Origin: an uncultured Synechococcus sp.
GTDB lineage: Bacteria > Cyanobacteriota > Cyanobacteriia > Pseudanabaenales > Pseudanabaenaceae
DNA length: 32,158 nucleotides
Reading direction: 5' to 3'
Assembly (NCBI GenBank): GCA_964560035.1
Contig: CAZLKI010000001.1
Location: 1 to 32,158, forward strand
Shown here: piece by piece, positions 26,632 through 32,158 of the stretch
How the letters are laid out: each line of letters starts with the position of its first letter
Numbering within the stretch: the stretch's first letter is position 1
The notes under the pieces: generated by a model
Seen by the model: the letters and a program-made list of their open reading frames with translations, nothing else
Databases searched by the model: none
Told to the model about the DNA's origin: nothing
Position numbers and translations under genes: made by a program

Positions 26632-28251
26632 CTAACTTCCGACAATCCAGTTACGGCGAAAGAATCGCGCTAGAGCATTAGACTCTAAAGATAAACAAAT
26701 CGGGCGACCGTGGGGGCAGGTGTGCGGATTTCGAGTTTGCTCCCATTGATTAACTAGGTCTTGCATCGTGGCTAAATCTAGGGTAGTGCCATTACGGATC
26801 GCGCTCCGACAGGCGGCAGTGGCTTTTGCTTGAGAGATATCTACTTGTAAACTGAGTTCGATTAAGATTTCTTGTCGCTCTTTTTCAAGATTTTTCTCAG
26901 AACACTTCTCAAAATACTCAATTATAATTTTAGGAAGCGATCGCACTGCCCATATATCCACACCAAATTCCTTTATATCTATCTCTATTGCTCTCAGTCT
27001 TTCTACTGCCAACTCCGATAGATTTTTTATGACTAGAGGTCGATCGAGGGGCGTAATTTCCCATTGGGTTTCCAAATTTTCAAATAAAATCCGTTCGTGG
27101 GCGACGTGCTGTTCGATTAAGCAAAGTCCACTTTCCCGTTCCGCCAAAATATAGGTATTGTGTACCTGTGCTAAGACTTTGAGTTTAGGAGTGCTATTGT
27201 CAGCAGCGTTGTAATTTGTATTGGTTTCCGCCGTTCGTAACAGCCGAGTCACCGCCGCCGAGACTGTAGAATCGGGAGTTTTTAGTAGGTTAGTAATTAG
27301 ATTGCTGATTCGTTCTTGCCAATCTTTAAGGTTATGCAAATAGATTTCACTTTTAGCGGGATTACGGTTCCAATCAATTTCAGATGGATTGACACTTAAA
27401 TGCACGATGCAGATGGGATAGCGAAGGCGCGGTAAAGTTTGGTTAAAGCTAGAAAAAATAGTTTGCTCTAGTTCGGGAATCTGAATAAACCTACCGTTTA
27501 TTGCCACCCTAACCCAGTCTGGACGATGGCGAGAAGTGCGATCGGGTAAGCCCATTGTGATTGATGTAAATCCTTCAGTTCCGTAAACTAAATCCTCACT
27601 TTTAATTGATTTAATTACCTGCCCCAACATATCTTTAGCGGTATCTCCCGCCCATAGTGTGAACCAATTTTTTCGATCGAGAGTTATTTGCCAAGTAATG
27701 TGAGGATGAGCGATCGCCATTTCCGAAATCAATAACTGAATCTTGCGTAGCTGTTGCGAAATACTGGGTAATCCGTCTAACCGGGCGGGATGATTGTGAA
27801 AAATATGACGGGCAGTAACAATCGTACCGATCGCGATCGCCGTATTTTTAAGATTTTGGGGATTTCCACAGCGATCGTAGGTAACTTGCCAGCCCGCATC
27901 TTTCTCTGAGCCTCGACTACAAATATGCAGATCCGATAACTGTGCCAAGCTGTGTAATGCCTCCCCGCGAAAACCCAGACTGTGAATTTGGCGTAGATCT
28001 AATTTGGTGCGAATTTTACTGGTGGTGTGAGGCGTGGCAGCTTGGTGTAGGTTTTCGAGATTCATACCATGCCCGTTATCTCTAACTTGAATGCTCAGGC
28101 GATCGCTGCAAATATCAATATGAATTCTGGTGGCTTGGGCATCGATCGCATTTTCTGCTAATTCCCTGACTACTGCCCCTAACGAATCAATCACTTCTCC
28201 TGCCGCAATTAAATTGACTACTTCTGTTGGTAAAACTTGAATTATGGTCAT
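26632..28251 (-). CDS. mutL: DNA mismatch repair endonuclease MutL
   Basis: IAAGEVI, ELAENAIDA, DNGHG, LGFRGEAL, EQHVAHER, ACR.A and TCPHGRP. Confidence 0.97.
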   Translation of the reverse strand: MTIIQVLPTEVVNLIAAGEVIDSLGAVVRELAENAIDAQATRIHIDICSDRLSIQVRDNGHGMNLENLHQAATPHTTSKIRTKLDLRQIHSLGFRGEALHSLAQLSDLHICSRGSEKDAGWQVTYDRCGNPQNLKNTAIAIGTIVTARHIFHNHPARLDGLPSISQQLRKIQLLISEMAIAHPHITWQITLDRKNWFTLWAGDTAKDMLGQVIKSIKSEDLVYGTEGFTSITMGLPDRTSRHRPDWVRVAINGRFIQIPELEQTIFSSFNQTLPRLRYPICIVHLSVNPSEIDWNRNPAKSEIYLHNLKDWQERISNLITNLLKTPDSTVSAAVTRLLRTAETNTNYNAADNSTPKLKVLAQVHNTYILAERESGLCLIEQHVAHERILFENLETQWEITPLDRPLVIKNLSELAVERLRAIEIDIKEFGVDIWAVRSLPKIIIEYFEKCSEKNLEKERQEILIELSLQVDISQAKATAACRSAIRNGTTLDLATMQDLVNQWEQTRNPHTCPHGRPICLSLESNALARFFRRNWIVGS

Positions 28252-28343
28252 TAAGCTCTAAAATTGAAAGAAAATTGGAAAGCTGATTTAAAAAATTGAT
28301 TTAGAAAATTAATTCAAAAATACAATAATCGTGGAGATTTTCT

Positions 28344-28652
28344 GTGGCATTGGCAGTAGGGGTAATTGAAACAATTGGGTTTCCGGGGATATTGGCAGCA
28401 GCAGATGCTATGGTCAAAAGTGGCAAAGTGACATTAGTTAGCTACGAACCTTCTGATAACGGGCAATTTACAGTCACAATTAGAGGAGCTATTGCTGAAG
28501 TTAGGGCAGCAGTGGAAGCAGGAGTGGAAGCGGTAGAAAAGAACGTGCATAATGGCAAGCTATTTTCTCATTACATTGTGCCAAATCCCGCCGATAATGT
28601 TGTGACGGTTTTACCTATCGACTACACCAAGGTTTCGGCTCCGTTCCAGTAG
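28344..28652 (+). CDS. ccmK3: carboxysome shell protein CcmK3
   Basis: BMC domain (AVGVIET.GFP..LAAADAMVK); divergent first gene of the satellite ccmK3-ccmK4 pair; GTG start with GGAG SD. Confidence 0.85.
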   Translation: MALAVGVIETIGFPGILAAADAMVKSGKVTLVSYEPSDNGQFTVTIRGAIAEVRAAVEAGVEAVEKNVHNGKLFSHYIVPNPADNVVTVLPIDYTKVSAPFQ

Positions 28653-28700
28653 TTAGGTTATTTGAGATGTGATTTTAGAAATATTATCAAAGCAATAGGG

Positions 28701-28737
28701 TATTTATCCAATATTTATTCAGTATTTATTCAGTATT
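28701..28737. repeat. 11-bp tandem repeat x3
   Basis: TATTTATCCAA TATTTATTCAG TATTTATTCAG TATT, just upstream of the ccmK4 RBS. Confidence 0.75.
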
Positions 28738-28758
28738 AAAAAAAAGGAGATCGATCGA

Positions 28759-29112
28759 ATGTCACCACAACAAGCCGTAGGCGCACTAGAAACCAGAGGT
28801 TTTCCCGGAGTTTTAGCAGCAGCCGATGCTATGGTCAAAGCAGGACGAGTTACCTTAGTTGGCTATCTTAGATGTGGTAGTGCCAGATTTTGTGTCATGA
28901 TTCGGGGAGATGTCTCTGAGGTCAAAACCGCGATGGAATCTGGAGTAGCCGCAGTCGAAACTGCCCACGGTGGGGTGTTAGAGGGTTGGGTAATTATTCC
29001 TCGTCCCGATGAGAATGTGGTTGCTGTATTACCTATCGACTTTTCTTCTAGTGTAGAGGTATATCGAGCCGCAACTGAGGGAATTAGATTGCCGGGTCCG
29101 AGTGGAAGATAG
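28759..29112 (+). CDS. ccmK4: carboxysome shell protein CcmK4
   Basis: AVGALETRGFPGVLAAADAMVKAGRVTLVGY.R.GSARF...RGDVSEVK and WVIIPRP; AAGGAG SD. Confidence 0.9.
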   Translation: MSPQQAVGALETRGFPGVLAAADAMVKAGRVTLVGYLRCGSARFCVMIRGDVSEVKTAMESGVAAVETAHGGVLEGWVIIPRPDENVVAVLPIDFSSSVEVYRAATEGIRLPGPSGR

Positions 29113-29114
29113 AT

Positions 29115-29140
29115 TTTTAGGGATTAATTTTAGGGATTAA
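29115..29140. repeat. perfect 13-bp tandem duplication
   Basis: TTTTAGGGATTAA x2. Confidence 0.8.
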
Positions 29141-29264
29141 CTTTTTAAAAGCTATCTTTAAAACAAATTAGGCTAATCTGCGTCAATGGTGATAGCTCAA
29201 ATTAAGCCAGCCTAAATCAAATAGTTCATAACAATTCATAGAAAATTACAGAAAAATACCAAAT

Positions 29265-29909
29265 ATGCGATCGCCAATCACCCTAACTTCTCCTAACTCC
29301 CGTAAGATTTCGCTTAATAATCTCTTTTCAGGATTCCTATCTTCGATCTTAGGAATTGGGAGTCTGGGGATCTGGCTTTTTTTCTCTGGGTTTTTATTTG
29401 TACCCAATGCTAATGCTGCCGAACAGTTATCATTTCGAGCCTCTGGTGGAGAAAGATCCTTAGCCGTAGCCGACTTAAGAAAACTGGTAAATACGGGCGA
29501 GTTATCAGATACCCTCAGAGGACTTTTGGATACCGCTAAACTCGATCCTAATGTCGTACGTGGTTATCTGGGTGCAAGCATTGATATCAAGCAATACGAT
29601 CTCAATATTACTTTAGTTGATAAGTTTCTTAATTCTTACGTAATGGAGCTTTTACTGCAAGATATAGGAAAGTCTTTTCGACCACCGGGTACAGATTCAG
29701 CCTCAGTTGGTGCTATTAAATCCGCTATTATTGCCTCGGTAGCTGATGACGGCAAACTTTCGGCGATCGAGTTTTTTGAAAAATATCCAACCGACCTAAT
29801 CATCGAAGTTAATGGTTTAAATGGAATCCTCGATAGAGTTAGCAAAGACTATGCCAATCTAGCAGAACCCTTGCAAAAGCTCCTGCAACGCCTACAAATG
29901 AGAAGGTAG
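29265..29909 (+). CDS. exported DUF1400-like protein
   Basis: Signal-like hydrophobic stretch ending in ANA-AE; AIKSAII.S.ADDGKLS.IEFF..YPT..I pattern. Confidence 0.75.
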   Translation: MRSPITLTSPNSRKISLNNLFSGFLSSILGIGSLGIWLFFSGFLFVPNANAAEQLSFRASGGERSLAVADLRKLVNTGELSDTLRGLLDTAKLDPNVVRGYLGASIDIKQYDLNITLVDKFLNSYVMELLLQDIGKSFRPPGTDSASVGAIKSAIIASVADDGKLSAIEFFEKYPTDLIIEVNGLNGILDRVSKDYANLAEPLQKLLQRLQMRR

Positions 29910-29957
29910 AGTTAATTAGTTTCCCCTACCCATCAACCCAAACCCATCAACTAGGAA

Positions 29958-31334
29958 TTAAGCTTGTTCCATCCCCGGAATAGATCGATATAAGGCAAGA
30001 TATTCTTTAGCAGAGCTATCCCAACTAAAGTCTCCTGCCATACCTCTTTTTTGTAAATCTTGCCAAGGCTGTTTATAGGAATATCCTTCCAATGCTCGAA
30101 TCATGCAGGTATACAGGTCGAGCGGTTCGTAGCGATCGAAACAGTAACCATTTCCCTGATTTAAGCTAGGGACGTGATGCTGTACCGTATCTACTAATCC
30201 ACCCGTTCGCCGCACAATGGGCACGGAGCCATAACGCAAAGCAACCATTTGACTGATACCACAGGGTTCAAATCGACTGGGCATTAAAAAAGCATCGGTA
30301 CCAGCATAAATTCTTTGGGATAGAGCGGCGTTAAATAATATCTGTGCCGACATCCTGCCCGGAAATTTGGAGGCGATTTGCCACATTTGAGTTTCATAGT
30401 AGCGATCGCCCGTTCCTAAAATTACAAACTGGGCATCGGTATAGGATAAAAATCGTTCTAAAACTTGAATCAATAGATCTAAACCTTTTTGCTCTACTAA
30501 CCTTGTCACCATCCCGACTAGAAAAACTGACTTATTTACTTGCAAGCCAATTTCTTCTTGGAGCGCAATTTTATTTGCTACTCGCTTTTCTAAGGTATTG
30601 AGGTCAAAATTTTTGGCTAAGTACTTGTCATTATTGGGATTAAGGGCATCAACATCAATCCCATTTAAAATGCCACTAGGTGCGAGGTAAGCTAACTTGC
30701 CTTCTAAGCCCTCACCATAGGCAGAAGTGCAAATTTGTTTGGCATAGGTAGGAGAGACGGTATTGACTCGATCTGCAAACTGGATTGCCGCCGCCATCGT
30801 ATTTCCACCTTTCATATACCAAGGCACCCAAGTCATCTGTTCTAATCGCCACCGCCAAGGTCCTTGATATGCCAAATTGTGAATTGTAAAAACCGTGCCA
30901 ATGTCAGAAGTTTGATGCATCCAGACAGGAATCATCCCTGTGTGCCAATCGTGACAATGGATTAAATTTGGCTTCCAGTAATTCCAGCAAAACTCAGCGC
31001 ACGCATTCGCAAATAAAGTAAATCTCCAATCTTCATCGTCACCATAATAAATTCTTGATGGCATAAATGACCCATGCCCTACTAAATAAAGAGGAACATC
31101 GGTGCCAGGTAATACGGTTTCATAGACATCAACAGCTTGGAACATGGCAGTGCCTTTCCACACCCACACTGGAGTTTCAGGCAATTTATCAGGCAGGGTG
31201 CCATAGTAGGGCATTATGATTCGGACATCGTGACCCATCTTCCGAAGCACGGCGGGGAGAGCACCTACTACATCTGCCATCCCTCCAACTTTCGCAATTG
31301 GGGCTGCTTCTGCTGCTGCAAATAATACTTTCAT
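29958..31334 (-). CDS. glgA: glycogen synthase
   Basis: KVGGMADV ADP-glucose motif, HCHDWH, TIHNLAYQG, RL.EQKG and MPSRFEPCG. Confidence 0.97.
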   Translation of the reverse strand: MKVLFAAAEAAPIAKVGGMADVVGALPAVLRKMGHDVRIIMPYYGTLPDKLPETPVWVWKGTAMFQAVDVYETVLPGTDVPLYLVGHGSFMPSRIYYGDDEDWRFTLFANACAEFCWNYWKPNLIHCHDWHTGMIPVWMHQTSDIGTVFTIHNLAYQGPWRWRLEQMTWVPWYMKGGNTMAAAIQFADRVNTVSPTYAKQICTSAYGEGLEGKLAYLAPSGILNGIDVDALNPNNDKYLAKNFDLNTLEKRVANKIALQEEIGLQVNKSVFLVGMVTRLVEQKGLDLLIQVLERFLSYTDAQFVILGTGDRYYETQMWQIASKFPGRMSAQILFNAALSQRIYAGTDAFLMPSRFEPCGISQMVALRYGSVPIVRRTGGLVDTVQHHVPSLNQGNGYCFDRYEPLDLYTCMIRALEGYSYKQPWQDLQKRGMAGDFSWDSSAKEYLALYRSIPGMEQA

Positions 31335-31382
31335 GCCTAACCTTGATTACTACTCCATTATTTTGAAGCAATATGACCAAAC

Positions 31383-31700
31383 TTACAATTTGACTTCGAT
31401 ATCTACGCCAGAGGCAAGGTCTAGTTTCATTAGGGCATCGATGGTTTTGGCAGAGGGCTGATAGATATCAATAATGCGGCTGTGAGTCCGAGTTTCAAAG
31501 TGTTCGCGAGAATCCTTATCAACGTGGGGCGATCGCAGGAGGCAATAAATCCGTCTCTTTGTAGGCATGGGAATAGGACCGATCGCGGTTGCATTGGTAC
31601 GATTTGCAGTATCGACAATTTTTTCGCAAGATGCGTCTAGAAGTCTGTGATCGAATGCCTTAAGGCGAATCCGAATTTTTTGTTGTTGAAGGTTTGCCAC
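31383..31700 (-). CDS. rpsJ: 30S ribosomal protein S10
   Basis: [19 protein letters not shown] and [19 protein letters not shown]; GTG start. Confidence 0.98.
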   Translation of the reverse strand: MANLQQQKIRIRLKAFDHRLLDASCEKIVDTANRTNATAIGPIPMPTKRRIYCLLRSPHVDKDSREHFETRTHSRIIDIYQPSAKTIDALMKLDLASGVDIEVKL

Positions 31701-31864
31701 TTTATGAATTGCTTAAGAATTATTTGGACGATTTATTTGCAAGATGGTTTAGAAAGTTGCTTGGGTAAAAAGCAAAATTTTGCGCGATCCAAATTTTAGC
31801 ATCTATCCTTAATATTTTTTAGATTCAATTAAAATTATAAGGAGAAAAATAAAGCTCCTTATTA

Positions 31865-32158
31865 TTAATTCTCTAATCCCAAAGCTTGGGCTGTTTGTAA
31901 AATAATTTCCTGTACTTGAGGTAACGCCATCTGGTGAGTTTTCGCCAAGTTTATACAGTCTTCATATTCTGGTTGAATAGTTTTACCATGAGGTCGTTGT
32001 GCTACTTTTACCCTAGCAGAGCCTAGCTTTGTACTAATTGTAAATATAGTTCTAGGAATGATGCTACGTTCTTGCAACCTGCGCCTGATTCCTAAAGTTG
32101 TGGTTTCTTGAAATAAAATGTCTTCACAAATTTCTAGGCGATCGCTCGGACAAATTAC
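31865..32158 (-). CDS. larC: LarC family (nickel-pincer cofactor nickel insertion) protein, C-terminal part; 5'-truncated by the window edge
   Basis: The frame from the window end reads VICPSDRLEICEDILFQETTTLGIRRRLQER...VKVA...QPEYEDC..LA; ETTTLGIR and PEYEDC are LarC C-terminal motifs. Confidence 0.88.
   Translation of the reverse strand, partial: VICPSDRLEICEDILFQETTTLGIRRRLQERSIIPRTIFTISTKLGSARVKVAQRPHGKTIQPEYEDCINLAKTHQMALPQVQEIILQTAQALGLEN

Larger units (their letters stand above)
1442..32145. repeat. HIP1 octamer GCGATCGC, dispersed (roughly 50 copies by eye)
   Basis: Examples at 1442, 2258, 3542, 3935, 5298, 8048, 12021, 22014, 29267 and 32138; a cyanobacterial hallmark. Confidence 0.95.

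Noticed and set aside
26632-28251. MutL looks short (539 aa), possibly truncated
   Set aside because: The ATPase and C-terminal endonuclease motifs are all present; only the linker is short.
2046-31618. Short alternative-frame or antisense ORFs in the track (e.g. 2046-2243, 3933-4139, 7350-7769, 14634-14969, 19424-19974, 30344-30601, 31430-31618)
   Set aside because: They lie within or overlap well-supported genes and show no recognisable motifs; most likely shadow ORFs.

Overview
Cyanobacterial chromosomal DNA, indicated by the very frequent HIP1 octamer GCGATCGC (roughly 50 copies by eye) and by ccmK3/ccmK4, crtR, an hli gene and a cyanobacterial rpoZ. Most of the window is housekeeping: ybeY, dgkA, purF, pepN, glyS, rpoZ, plsX-fabH-murE, trpG/pabA, argJ, crtR, rsmI, moeB, mutL, ccmK3/4, glgA, rpsJ and the 3' end of larC. 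Four things stand out. (1) A two-gene cluster: a DarB/StlD-type ketosynthase III fused to a heme-oxygenase-like di-iron domain, coupled to an uncharacterised 311-aa protein, with no DarA partner in the window; this is a candidate undescribed lipid or natural-product pathway. (2) An ABC-type ATPase + TOPRIM-like gene pair, a candidate anti-phage system, bracketed by a ~109-bp duplication of the pepN 3' end; the downstream copy stays open and encodes an alternative PepN C-terminus. (3) A CX5R phosphatase-like/RibD-reductase fusion downstream of a moeB that carries a 33-aa insertion. (4) A MITE-like palindromic element with a 17-bp flanking direct repeat, next to a 47-aa basic ORF missing from the ORF track. 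I recognised no tRNA, rRNA, CRISPR array, integrase or transposase. All family assignments come from recognising motifs by eye, not from database searches.
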